Part shown: piece by piece, positions 1-8,734 of the stretch | Layout: each line of letters begins with the position of its first letter | Numbering within the stretch: the first letter of the stretch is position 1 | Assembly (NCBI GenBank): GCA_017412115.1 | Contig: JAFPYR010000017.1 | Location: 7,159-71,158 of the forward strand | Source of the DNA: Bacteroidales bacterium | GTDB taxonomy: Bacteria > Bacteroidota > Bacteroidia > Bacteroidales > UBA3824 | Direction of reading: 5' to 3' | DNA length: 64,000 nt | Translations under genes and position numbers: made by a program | The notes under the pieces: generated by a model | Told to the model about the DNA's origin: nothing | The model's input: the letters and a program-made list of their open reading frames with translations, nothing else | The model's database searches: none

Positions 1-564
1 TGGCCCGGCTATATCTTGCAGGCGGGAAGTATTTTTTTGTTGGTTTTGGTTTTGCAATTTTTCAGAAACCCCAACAGAAACGTCGTTGAAAATGAATACG
101 TCGTACTCTCACCCGCAGACGGTGAAGTCGTTGCCATTGAAGAAGTTGAAGAGCCGGAATATTTCAAGGACAAAAGAATTCAAGTTTCGATTTTTATGTC
201 AGTTTGGAATGTTCATGCAAACCGTTGGCCGATTTCAGGAAAGGTAACGTATTTCAAACATCATCAAGGAAAATACCTTTTGGCCGCACATCCGAAATCT
301 TCAACCGAAAACGAACATACCTCAATCGTTGTTGCCGACAAAAACGGTGTTGAAATTCTTTTCCGCCAAATAGCCGGCTTTGTTGCCCGCCGTATCGTTG
401 CTCCTATCAACGAAGGCGATACAGCTAAACAAGGACAACAATTCGGTTTTATAAAATTCGGTTCACGCGTTGATATGTTCTTCCCGTTAGGAACAAAAAT
501 CCGCGTTAAAAACGGTGATAAAGTTTACGGCGGTCTTAATATTATCGCCGATATGCCCCGTTAG
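1..564 (+). CDS. psd: phosphatidylserine decarboxylase proenzyme (short form), 5' end cut by the window edge
   Basis: The frame is open from nt 1. The ORF-track start at 16 is a TTG inside the frame, so the N-terminus lies outside the window. The blocks 'SPADGEVV', 'WNVHANRWPISG' and 'GFIKFGSRVDMFFP' (the Gly-Ser self-cleavage / pyruvoyl-forming site) are the characteristic Psd blocks. Confidence 0.8.
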   Translation, partial: WPGYILQAGSIFLLVLVLQFFRNPNRNVVENEYVVLSPADGEVVAIEEVEEPEYFKDKRIQVSIFMSVWNVHANRWPISGKVTYFKHHQGKYLLAAHPKSSTENEHTSIVVADKNGVEILFRQIAGFVARRIVAPINEGDTAKQGQQFGFIKFGSRVDMFFPLGTKIRVKNGDKVYGGLNIIADMPR

Positions 565-575
565 AGCGTTTTATT

Positions 576-651
576 CACATCTCGTGCGCATAATTTCCTC
601 GTAAGAAAAAACAGGAAATATGCGCACGATGTGCGAATATAATTTTTTTTT
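576..651 (+). terminator. long imperfect hairpin plus T-run downstream of psd (intrinsic terminator candidate)
   Basis: The left arm 576-599 (cacatctcgtgcgcataatttcct) pairs with the right arm 613-633 (aggaaatatgcgcacgatgtg), with two small bulges. The core is GC-rich (cgtgcgca/tgcgcacg). A T9 run follows at 643-651. The element starts 12 nt after the psd stop and ends 4 nt before the next ATG. Confidence 0.5.
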
Positions 652-654
652 AAG

Positions 655-2613
655 ATGAAAAAGTTTTTAGCATTTTCGATTAACATTTTAATGGTTTATG
701 CTGCATATCAGATTTGCAGGGCAGCATATCTTTTTGAAAACTGGGCGGCTTTTAAGGATAGTTTGTCCGCTCTGAATTTTCCTTTGGCATTCAAAGGTTC
801 GCTCATTTTTGACACTTCGGCTATAGTCTACACAAATTTAATTTATATGGCTTTGTGCCTTTTGCCGTTCAGATTCAGGGACAACAAAAAATATCAAAAA
901 GTTGCAAAATGGTATTTCGTAATTGTCAACGGTTTAGGAATTTTAGCCAATCTCATCGACTCCGTGTATTTTGCGTACACTAACAGAAGGACAACTTGTT
1001 CTGTTTTTTCGGAGTTCGGTAACGACAAAGGACAATTAGGAGGAGCAGTTTTTTCGGAAATTTTCAGCCATTGGTATTTGGTTTTGTTGGCAGCTGCTCT
1101 AATTTTTGCATTGTGGAAATTTTACTTCACCCCTAAAAAAGACGAAGATTTATCCACAATAAAAAGCAAAATAATTTATTACGTAACCTCAACTATAATT
1201 TTAGCGGTGATGATTCCATTATGCGTTGCCGGAGCAAGAGGCGGTTTTACTACCGCTATCAGACCCGTAACATTAAGTAATGCAAATCAATACGTTAACC
1301 GCCCGGTTGAAGCCTCGCTGATTCTTAATACGCCGTTTTCGATGTTAAGAACCATTAGCAAAAAAACTTTCAAAGTGCCTCCGTTTTACGACCCGCAAGA
1401 GGTTGAAAAAATGTTTTCGCCCGTTCATAAAGCCAATAAAGAGGCAAAACCAAACGGGAAAAATGCCGTAGTTTTTATTTTGGAAAGTTTTTCGAGAGAA
1501 TTTTGCGGTTTTTATAACAAAGGTTTAGACGGAGGAAAATATCAAGGTTTTACGCCTTTTTTGGACTCGTTGATGGAACATTCCCTGACTTTCGATTATA
1601 CTTTTGCAAACGGCAGAAAAAGTATTGACGGAATGCCATCGTCTCTATCAAGTATTCCGTACTTTATAGAGCCGTTTTTCTTAACGCCATATTCTCTTAA
1701 TCATTTGTCAGGTTTAGCAAAAGAATTAAAAAATTTGGGATATTATTCGGCGTTTTTTCACGGAGCACAAAACGGCAGCATGGGTTTTGAAGCCTTTGCA
1801 GCGGCAACGGGTTATGACGAATATTTCGGAAGGGACAATTACGTAAAAGATTCAAGATTCAACGGTGATAACGATTTCGACGGCACATGGGCTATTTGGG
1901 ACGAAGAATTCATGCAATATTACGCCGTTAAAATGAATGAATTTAAACAGCCGTTTTTAACGTCGATTTTTACTGCAAGTTCGCATCATCCGTTCAAAGT
2001 TCCCGAAAAATACAAAGACCGTTTCACGGATAAAGACGAAAATCCTCTTCACAAATGTATTTCGTATTCTGACAATGCGTTAAGAAGATTTTTTGACGAG
2101 GCTAAAAAAATGCCGTGGTACGACAGCACGATTTTTGTTTTCACGGCCGACCACACAAACAAACTTGAAAGAGATTTCAATCTGACAGACCTCGGAGCAT
2201 ATTCGATAACGCTTTTTGTTTTTGACCCGTCAGGACAAATAAAACCGGAGCGCAGAAATTGCATCGCTCAACAAATCGACATCATGCCGACGGTTTTATC
2301 GGCTCTCGGTTATGACAAAGATTATATCGCTTTCGGAAAAGATTTGCTCTCAACAAAAGACGAAGATACTTGGGCTGTAAATTATAACAACGGTCTGTAT
2401 CAATACGTTAAAGGCGATTATATGATTCAGATGACAGAAGAAGGCAAGTTGAAATCGGTTTATGATTTCCGCAGAGATTCTTTGTTGAAAGATAACCTCA
2501 TCGAAAAAAATTTGCCACAAGCGGATTCAATGCTCACAACGCTGAAAGCATTGGTTCAAGATTATATGTTAAGAATGATAAATGACAGTTTAACGGTAGC
2601 AAAGGAGCGTTAA
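655..2613 (+). CDS. LTA synthase / sulfatase-family membrane protein (alkaline-phosphatase superfamily, phosphoglycerol- or phosphoethanolamine-transferase-like)
   Basis: 652 aa. The N-terminal ~200 aa contain about five hydrophobic helices. The C-terminal part has sulfatase-fold blocks: 'NAVVFILESFSREF', 'DGMPSSLSS', 'FFHGAQNGSMGFE', 'SSHHPF' and 'IFVFTADHT'. Confidence 0.7.
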   Translation: MKKFLAFSINILMVYAAYQICRAAYLFENWAAFKDSLSALNFPLAFKGSLIFDTSAIVYTNLIYMALCLLPFRFRDNKKYQKVAKWYFVIVNGLGILANLIDSVYFAYTNRRTTCSVFSEFGNDKGQLGGAVFSEIFSHWYLVLLAAALIFALWKFYFTPKKDEDLSTIKSKIIYYVTSTIILAVMIPLCVAGARGGFTTAIRPVTLSNANQYVNRPVEASLILNTPFSMLRTISKKTFKVPPFYDPQEVEKMFSPVHKANKEAKPNGKNAVVFILESFSREFCGFYNKGLDGGKYQGFTPFLDSLMEHSLTFDYTFANGRKSIDGMPSSLSSIPYFIEPFFLTPYSLNHLSGLAKELKNLGYYSAFFHGAQNGSMGFEAFAAATGYDEYFGRDNYVKDSRFNGDNDFDGTWAIWDEEFMQYYAVKMNEFKQPFLTSIFTASSHHPFKVPEKYKDRFTDKDENPLHKCISYSDNALRRFFDEAKKMPWYDSTIFVFTADHTNKLERDFNLTDLGAYSITLFVFDPSGQIKPERRNCIAQQIDIMPTVLSALGYDKDYIAFGKDLLSTKDEDTWAVNYNNGLYQYVKGDYMIQMTEEGKLKSVYDFRRDSLLKDNLIEKNLPQADSMLTTLKALVQDYMLRMINDSLTVAKER

Positions 2614-2632
2614 TTTTTTACGCTCCCCTACC

Positions 2633-3370
2633 CTATACTGCAAAATTTTTGTCTAAATATTCTTGAAATTTATCCTTATATTGTTCGCTGACAGGAATAA
2701 ACGTATCACCGTCAAAAACTATACGCAGACGTTCTATCTCGTTGATTTTGTCTAAATTAACAATAAACGAACGGTGAACGCGCATAAATTTGTCTTCAGG
2801 CAGATAACCCTCAACCGCCTTTATCGTTAAAAGGCTCATAACGGGACGGCGGTTTTCCAAATAAAATTTCACGTATTCACGCACGGATTCGATGTATTTA
2901 ATCTCGTCAAAATTTATTCTGACAACTTTGTACTCGCTCTTAACGAAAAAAAACTTTCCGTTAGGAACATATTTTGAAGAACGCACCTGCAAAGTTTTTT
3001 CACCCGTTTTTCTTGAAAAAACTTCCTGAGCTTTCTCAACCGCCCGTTTGAAATCGTTATAAGAAATCGGTTTGAGAACATAATCCACAGCTCCGACTTT
3101 AAACCCCTCAACCGCATATTCGGAATACGCCGTTGTAAAAATAACTATCGGCGGCTCAATCAATGATTTAACCAAATCAACACCTTTCAAATCCGGCATA
3201 TTAACGTCCACAAACATCAAATCCGCCTCGTTTTTATCCGACAAAAGGTATTCCCTTGCCTCAAGCGAACTTTCATAACCGGTTATTAATTCCAACCCCG
3301 GAGTTTTTTCAACGTATGCGCATATTTGTTTCAATGCCAACGGTTCATCGTCTATAACTATACATTTCAT
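2633..3370 (-). CDS. LytTR-family two-component response regulator
   Basis: Receiver-domain blocks are 'IVIDDEPLA', 'DLMFVDVNMPDLKG', 'VIFTTAY' and 'AVDYVLKP'. The C-terminal LytTR blocks are 'IKYIESVREYVKFY' and 'FMRVHRSFIVNL'. The start codon overlaps the kinase stop (ATGA at 3367-3370). Confidence 0.9.
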   Translation of the reverse strand: MKCIVIDDEPLALKQICAYVEKTPGLELITGYESSLEAREYLLSDKNEADLMFVDVNMPDLKGVDLVKSLIEPPIVIFTTAYSEYAVEGFKVGAVDYVLKPISYNDFKRAVEKAQEVFSRKTGEKTLQVRSSKYVPNGKFFFVKSEYKVVRINFDEIKYIESVREYVKFYLENRRPVMSLLTIKAVEGYLPEDKFMRVHRSFIVNLDKINEIERLRIVFDGDTFIPVSEQYKDKFQEYLDKNFAV

Positions 3371-4467
3371 AACGGTATCTCCAATTTTACTTCAAAAACA
3401 TCATTTTCCCGAATTATGTCCATAACATAATTCTTGCCGTAAATCAAATCCAACTGACTTACTGTATTTTTCAAGCCTATTCCACCCGTTTTTGTGCCGG
3501 TTTTTTGAACTTCGGATTTATCCGGAATACTGTTGCGGGAAGAAAAAAACAAACGGCTAAAATCCTTAGAAACCGAAATTTTTATTTCAATAAAAGACGG
3601 CTTTACGTAACTTATTCCGTGCTTAAACGCATTTTCTATCATTGATATAAAAATCAAAGAAGGAATCTCCTTGTTTTGCGGCAAATTTTCAGCAATATCA
3701 AGTTCGATTTTCACTTTTTGAGAATATCTTAACCTCATCAGCGAAACATAACTCGAAATAAATTCGACCTCCTTACCGAGCTCAGAAAACACCTTTTGAC
3801 AATCATAAAGCATATAACGCATTAATTTTGAAAGCCTTATAACCGCTTCTTTGGCAAGTTCAGGGTCAATGTCTATCAATGCGTGGATATTGTTTAAGGT
3901 GTTCATGAAAAAATGAGGACTGACCTGACGTTTCAAAAGCACGAGTTTTTTTTCGGTGTCCTGCTTTTCTTTTTGAGTGTTTTCGTGCATGATTTTAATG
4001 TAACGAAAACCCAATTTTACACCACAATCACAACCGATAACCAAAATCGAAAGTATCAACGTAGCAGTTTTAAAAGGCGGACCTAAAGGCTTTTTGTGAG
4101 GCGGAGGACCATCATGTTTAAAATCATCGTTTTCGTGAATATAAGGCGGAAAATTATCCTTTAATTCCATATGTCGTGGTTTATTGTCAAAAACACCAAA
4201 AAAAATATAAATCAAAGCAACCAAAACAACATTCAAAACCGAAAACCAAACACCTCTGCCACAAAACAAAAATTTCGGTATCAACAAAAAATGATTGACA
4301 ACAAACAACAAAAAAAACGGCAGCATACCCCCAAACGAAATCTTCAACTCGTGCCAAAACGAATTGTTGTTTTCGTTCATGCTCAAGGCCGGCGCAAAAA
4401 TCGCCAACAACCAAATGCCTAACAAAACGGCATTTTCAGCATACTGCAACGTTTTTTTTTCTGTCAT
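3367..4467 (-). CDS. LytS/YehU-type sensor histidine kinase (membrane-embedded sensor, no large periplasmic domain)
   Basis: Four N-terminal hydrophobic helices are followed by a Pro-rich loop. The H-box 'VSPHFFMNTLNNIHALI' is of the His_kinase PF06580 type, and 'IENAFKHG' and 'GGIGLKN' are the ATPase boxes. The gene is translationally coupled to the LytTR regulator. Confidence 0.85.
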   Translation of the reverse strand: MTEKKTLQYAENAVLLGIWLLAIFAPALSMNENNNSFWHELKISFGGMLPFFLLFVVNHFLLIPKFLFCGRGVWFSVLNVVLVALIYIFFGVFDNKPRHMELKDNFPPYIHENDDFKHDGPPPHKKPLGPPFKTATLILSILVIGCDCGVKLGFRYIKIMHENTQKEKQDTEKKLVLLKRQVSPHFFMNTLNNIHALIDIDPELAKEAVIRLSKLMRYMLYDCQKVFSELGKEVEFISSYVSLMRLRYSQKVKIELDIAENLPQNKEIPSLIFISMIENAFKHGISYVKPSFIEIKISVSKDFSRLFFSSRNSIPDKSEVQKTGTKTGGIGLKNTVSQLDLIYGKNYVMDIIRENDVFEVKLEIPL

Positions 4468-4482
4468 AATCTTCTAAAAAAA

Positions 4483-5184
4483 CTAAAAACTATATTTGTA
4501 AGAAAACGCAAAAATATTGTTGTTAATATCATCTTTAACGTTTCCTTTTTTGGAAAGACGATTGAATTTTTCTTCAAATTTGTACTCAAAACCCAAAGTG
4601 TGGATTTTATTGATTTTTTTCTTAAAACCAAAAGTCCAACGGTCTTTATCAACAAGTCCCCGCGCTGTATTATAAAACCATTCGTATGAAACGTAAGGCG
4701 TTAATTTCAACGGTTTTATCTTATATGACAGCTGAAATCTCGGACGCAAATAATTAAGTTTTTTGCTCTGGTCATAAACCTTATCATCAACATTCCAATA
4801 TCCGTAATCCTCAGAATAATTACAATATTTGAAACGCGCCTCGGCTTGGAAACCGTGAAAACCGTATTTCGCTTTTGCATACAATCCCAAACGCCCCGAC
4901 CATGAAGCTTGAGAGTCATCCTCATGATTCAAATCCCAACGGTATTCCGCTCCTAATGAAAAATATTTCACGGGCGAAAACTCGATATATGGTTTCAACA
5001 ATAAATCCTGCTCGCTCTGACTCTTACAAAAACGGCCTTCAATCTCTAAACCGCTTGAAATTTTTTTCGTAATTTCCTTTTCGATTCCGGCGTTAAGATA
5101 AACACTGACACGTTTTTCCAAGTCTTGAGATTTTGCCGTCAAAAACGATAAAAACAACGGCAAAAGTATAATAATTTTTTTCAT
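4483..5184 (-). CDS. secreted beta-rich protein, probable outer-membrane beta-barrel (DUF2490-like)
   Basis: The signal peptide 'MKKIIILLPLFLSFLTAKS|QD' has Gln after the predicted cleavage site. The sequence shows alternating aromatic/polar beta-strand patterns and ends in an aromatic residue ('FAFSYKYSF'). The DUF2490 assignment is from memory and unverified. Confidence 0.5.
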   Translation of the reverse strand: MKKIIILLPLFLSFLTAKSQDLEKRVSVYLNAGIEKEITKKISSGLEIEGRFCKSQSEQDLLLKPYIEFSPVKYFSLGAEYRWDLNHEDDSQASWSGRLGLYAKAKYGFHGFQAEARFKYCNYSEDYGYWNVDDKVYDQSKKLNYLRPRFQLSYKIKPLKLTPYVSYEWFYNTARGLVDKDRWTFGFKKKINKIHTLGFEYKFEEKFNRLSKKGNVKDDINNNIFAFSYKYSF

Positions 5185-5199
5185 TTTTATTCTGTTTTT

Positions 5200-5874
5200 T
5201 TAATTATTTGACGGCAATGCCGTTTTGTCATAATAAACTCTTAAATATGCGATGTCTTTGAGAAAGTCGATTTTAACAAAATCAAAACGTTTTACTTTCA
5301 GACCCGTGCGTTTTTCCAAATCCTCCAACAAAACATCTTTGCTTTCGACTTTGATGTTTTCGATTTTCTCGTAAATCAAATCAATATGACCTTCGCATTT
5401 TATTAAAAATTTTTCCAAAAGGAAAACACAAAACAAAATTGCTCCATTCGTTAAAATTAATTCTGCAACGCTGACTTTTTTGTTAGCAAGAGCGTTGAGC
5501 ACCGCAATTCCGATAACAACAAAAAGATAAGTCATTTCACGGATTGGGATAGGATCGGTACGGTATTTTAAAATGCCGAAAACTGCAAAAAGTCCAAGAG
5601 CAAAACCAAGTTCCAATTTTACGTCTTCCAAAAGAAAACACATCAAGAAAATAGCCGTACCTAAAGCGTAATAAGTAAAAATAAACTCACGCCTGCCGCT
5701 TTTGCCGTAAATCAAATTGATCAGCACATACAAAACGCCGACGTTGAATAACAGACGGAAAAACAATTTTCCGAAATCCCTGAAATCAATAAGGTTCATA
5801 TTATAGAATTTAACGCCCTCAATCCCCGCATCCTGAACCTCTTCCAAATTTTGTAAAATGTCTAATAAAATCAT
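5200..5874 (-). CDS. DUF4956-family multi-pass membrane protein (usual partner of bacterial VTC-domain proteins)
   Basis: 224 aa with about four hydrophobic helices, the block 'FAVFGILKYRTDPIPIREMTYLF' and a soluble C-terminal tail. It lies directly downstream of a VTC-domain gene, which is the usual pairing. Confidence 0.65.
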   Translation of the reverse strand: MILLDILQNLEEVQDAGIEGVKFYNMNLIDFRDFGKLFFRLLFNVGVLYVLINLIYGKSGRREFIFTYYALGTAIFLMCFLLEDVKLELGFALGLFAVFGILKYRTDPIPIREMTYLFVVIGIAVLNALANKKVSVAELILTNGAILFCVFLLEKFLIKCEGHIDLIYEKIENIKVESKDVLLEDLEKRTGLKVKRFDFVKIDFLKDIAYLRVYYDKTALPSNN

Positions 5875-5893
5875 ATCTTGTTTAATTTTAATT

Positions 5894-5977
5894 GGTAATT
5901 TTTAATTTTTAATTCCTAATTTTTAATTTTTAATTGTCAATTGTCAATTGTGAATTGTCAATTGTCAATTGTCAATT
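5894..5977. repeat. AT-rich short tandem repeats filling an intra-operon spacer: 21-mer x2 followed by heptamer x6
   Basis: The 21-mer ggtaatttttaatttttaatt (5894-5914) is repeated as cctaatttttaatttttaatt (5915-5935). Six heptamers gtcaatt follow (5936-5977, the third being gtgaatt). The last heptamer overlaps the TAA stop of the VTC gene (5976-5978). Confidence 0.9.
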
Positions 5978-6728
5978 AAAGTGCATTGTTTAATCGTTTT
6001 TGCAACATTCGGATTTTAACTTTAAAAAGGTTTGTTTTGATACCTTTTTGATTGTTGATTGTCCGTCCGATGCAGTATTTACTAAATCCTGATTGTTTAA
6101 CGCCGTATCTTGCTAAAGCTTTTCGCAGCGGAGATTTCGGCGCACCAGCCTCGTGTTTGAGTTCCACCATTGCAAAATTATCGGTTTCGTGTGTTAAATT
6201 TTCATCCGTAAAACCTAATTCGCAATCAATAGTACAACGTTCGTCCATATCTTTTTTCACCAATGTTATTCGGTGAAAATGATTTTCGATAACGGGATTT
6301 AACAAATTAGGATTGCAGGGAATATGTTTTGACAAAAATTCATATTCCTCGGGGAAAATTTTGTCCAAATCCGTCATGATTTCAATACGTTTCTTTTTGG
6401 TTTTGCCTTTGTTGTTTTTGTGTTTAACCTCCAAAAACGATGTTTTAGTGTCCACATACATACGCTTTCTGACTTTGTAACGGTCGAGTTTTCCGTTATG
6501 ATGTGCATTAAGAAACATATTGTCAGGAGTGTCAAAATAAACGGTTTTGTATTCCATGTATCTCAATCCGCTGATTTCGACGATAAAATAATCATTAAGG
6601 ATTTCCGGCAAAATTTTCTCAAACAAAAGTTCCGTGCGTAAAGGAAATTTCGTGTCGATTCTGTTCATGAAATTTGCTTTACCGATGTCATCAAGACCTA
6701 TTGAAGTAAATTTTTGCAATATTTCCAT
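5976..6728 (-). CDS. VTC-domain protein (polyphosphate-polymerase-like, triphosphate-tunnel fold)
   Basis: 250 aa. The blocks 'NRIDTKFPL', 'YKTVYFDTPD', 'DRYKVRKRMY', 'SFLEVKHKNNKGKTKKKR' and 'AMVELKHE' match the basic/acidic beta-strand pattern of VTC/CYTH-type tunnel enzymes. Confidence 0.7.
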   Translation of the reverse strand: MEILQKFTSIGLDDIGKANFMNRIDTKFPLRTELLFEKILPEILNDYFIVEISGLRYMEYKTVYFDTPDNMFLNAHHNGKLDRYKVRKRMYVDTKTSFLEVKHKNNKGKTKKKRIEIMTDLDKIFPEEYEFLSKHIPCNPNLLNPVIENHFHRITLVKKDMDERCTIDCELGFTDENLTHETDNFAMVELKHEAGAPKSPLRKALARYGVKQSGFSKYCIGRTINNQKGIKTNLFKVKIRMLQKRLNNAL

Positions 6729-6745
6729 GATGAATTATTTTTTTA

Positions 6746-8566
6746 TTATCTACCTCCGAATCTGCCGCCTTGCGTAGTTGCCGTTACTGTTACGGATGTT
6801 TTATTTTCGCTATCAACACTTGAAGGCGGGAAATAAATTCCTGTACCCGTTTTGTATTCCTGACCGCTGATTGTACCGCCGACAATGAATTTATATGAAG
6901 TACCGCTCGTTAATTGGTCGCTTATAAAAATTGCCGCACCGTAAGTTTGAGGATTTTTTATTGCGATAATATTATCAACGGCAAGCGAAGAAGACGAATT
7001 GCCCAAAGACTGAGAATAAATCATCGGATTTGACGTTGATGACGGTACACTTTCAGAAAACATATCGCTTGAACCCATTGCGAAAACAGTTCCGCCCGTT
7101 ACCGTAAAAGTATAACCGCCGTCGCCGCAGTCAATCGGAGAATTGCCGCCGCCTGTCTGAGAAATCACGCTGATGCCACCGCTGACTTTAATATTACCGT
7201 TAGAGTCAATACCGTCGCCGGAGGATTTCACAAAAAGGAATCCGTCTGAAATATTAAGCGAAGGATTTGTGTTAGAGGCGTTCAAACCGTCGTCTTTGGC
7301 ATCAACGTAAGTCTCACCGCCCGCAATATAAATGTTTGTAGCCTCAATACCTTCCCATGAAGAAGTGATGTCAAGTTTGCCGCTTTTAATAGTAAAATCA
7401 CCGTCAGCACCTACGCCTTGACGCTCTGAAATTATTACAGCCGTAGCGTTTTCATAATTGACATTGCCGTCAGAGTTAAAACCTTTGCCGTAAGCGTTAA
7501 TATCAAAACTACCGCCTGAAACTGTTAAATTGCCACCGCAGGTAATACCGTGCATTCCTGCAAGTTTGTTAGAGGTTGCCTCTCCCATACCGCCGCCGAA
7601 AGGACTTCCGCCACCGGGAAACATACCGCCGGGTCCACCACCCCAATATTGTTTTGAAAGCGCAGAAGACGAGGCTCTATGAGTATTAATAGTAAAAACA
7701 CCGCCCAAAATGTTAATATCGGTTTCGGCTTTGATTGCATCGTTTTTGGCGGTATCGTTGTTTGATGCCGTGGAGATACATTCAAGGTTAAAAATACCGT
7801 CTTCGATAACAACATAACCGTATCCGCTGCCGTTGCTGTTAGTTGATTTCAAAGCATCTCCAAAGCCGTTGTAATTAATAACCGCATCATGAATTACCAA
7901 AAAATCTTTTCCGATAATACCGTCATCAACGGAATTAATTGTAATATTACCGCTTTTAATAACAAGACCATCTTTGGCTTTGATACCGTCTTTGTTTTTA
8001 GCGTTAATTGTAAGAGTTCCCGTATTTTTGGAATCACCAAAAATCGAAAAATCTTCCTTAGAATAAATCACGCCTTCCTCCTCGGAAGAATTTTCGTAAT
8101 CCGTCAAAATATTTTCAGTATCGTCCTTTATTATCAAAACCGCCTTCTGACAGTTTTTAATAAAAAGCGGTGCAGAATTTTGACAGTTTAAATCAACACC
8201 GTCAAGGACCAACTGAACAAGTGCATTGTCATCTTGGGCATCAACAATGATTTGTCCGTTTTCGAGGTTGCCGTCAATGTAATACGTTCCGCCGCTTACA
8301 ATAGTGGCAGTCTGAGCCGAAGCCGAAACCATCGTATCACAATTTTCAAGAGTTATGGAAGTGCTTTTGCAATGGATATACGACGGATTAGAACTATTGT
8401 AAACATAATCCGTTTCTTGTTCGGAAATTACACTTCCTAAAGTTCCGCTATCAGAGCCCGAAGTCCCGTCTGAGGAAAAATCTTTTTCCCAAACATCTTT
8501 GCAACCGCTAAAAATATTAAGAGCTGCTGCCGTTAAAAGAGTTAATGTAAAAACTTTTCTATTCAT
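6746..8566 (-). CDS. lipoprotein with Cthe_2159-type carbohydrate-binding beta-helix domain
   Basis: The lipobox is 'LNIFSG|C'. Repeats such as 'DGIKAKDGLVIKSGNITINSVDDGIIGKD' and 'GDGIDSNGNIKVSGG' look like beta-helix rungs. An internal Gly-rich stretch reads 'WGGGPGGMFPGGGSPFGGGMG'. It is the first gene of the operon. Confidence 0.65.
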   Translation of the reverse strand: MNRKVFTLTLLTAAALNIFSGCKDVWEKDFSSDGTSGSDSGTLGSVISEQETDYVYNSSNPSYIHCKSTSITLENCDTMVSASAQTATIVSGGTYYIDGNLENGQIIVDAQDDNALVQLVLDGVDLNCQNSAPLFIKNCQKAVLIIKDDTENILTDYENSSEEEGVIYSKEDFSIFGDSKNTGTLTINAKNKDGIKAKDGLVIKSGNITINSVDDGIIGKDFLVIHDAVINYNGFGDALKSTNSNGSGYGYVVIEDGIFNLECISTASNNDTAKNDAIKAETDINILGGVFTINTHRASSSALSKQYWGGGPGGMFPGGGSPFGGGMGEATSNKLAGMHGITCGGNLTVSGGSFDINAYGKGFNSDGNVNYENATAVIISERQGVGADGDFTIKSGKLDITSSWEGIEATNIYIAGGETYVDAKDDGLNASNTNPSLNISDGFLFVKSSGDGIDSNGNIKVSGGISVISQTGGGNSPIDCGDGGYTFTVTGGTVFAMGSSDMFSESVPSSTSNPMIYSQSLGNSSSSLAVDNIIAIKNPQTYGAAIFISDQLTSGTSYKFIVGGTISGQEYKTGTGIYFPPSSVDSENKTSVTVTATTQGGRFGGR

Positions 8567-8635
8567 ATTTGCTCAATTTAAGTTAAGTGTTTTATTTTCT
8601 ACAAGTAGGCTTTTTTTACCTATATTTGATAGACA

Positions 8636-8643
8636 CAAAATTA
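8636..8643 (-). promoter_or_regulatory. candidate Bacteroidota -7 promoter box (TAATTTTG) for the 8566->2633 operon
   Basis: The minus strand reads TAATTTTG and matches TAnnTTTG exactly, about 70 nt upstream of the ATG at 8566. A TTTG lies 15 nt further upstream, which is shorter than the usual spacing. Confidence 0.3.
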
Positions 8644-8734
8644 AATTATATAGATTAACAAACCTTAGGTTTTCTACACAAAGGAAAAATCCGATTACAA
8701 AAAACATATTTTTAAATTTATTAATACTAAAAAA

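Noticed and set aside
2604-2626. A small hairpin (ggagcgt-N9-acgctcc) between the convergent LTA-synthase-family and LytTR genes could be a bidirectional terminator.
   Set aside because: The stem is only 7 bp with a 9-nt loop, it overlaps the stop codon, and there is no convincing U-run on either strand. This is too weak to call.
5936-5977. On the coding strand the heptamer array reads (TTGACAA)n, that is, repeated sigma-70 -35 hexamers (TTGACA).
   Set aside because: Bacteroidota primary-sigma promoters use TTTG (-33) and TAnnTTTG (-7), not TTGACA/TATAAT. No matching -10/-7 element follows at a suitable distance. I treated it as a simple tandem repeat.
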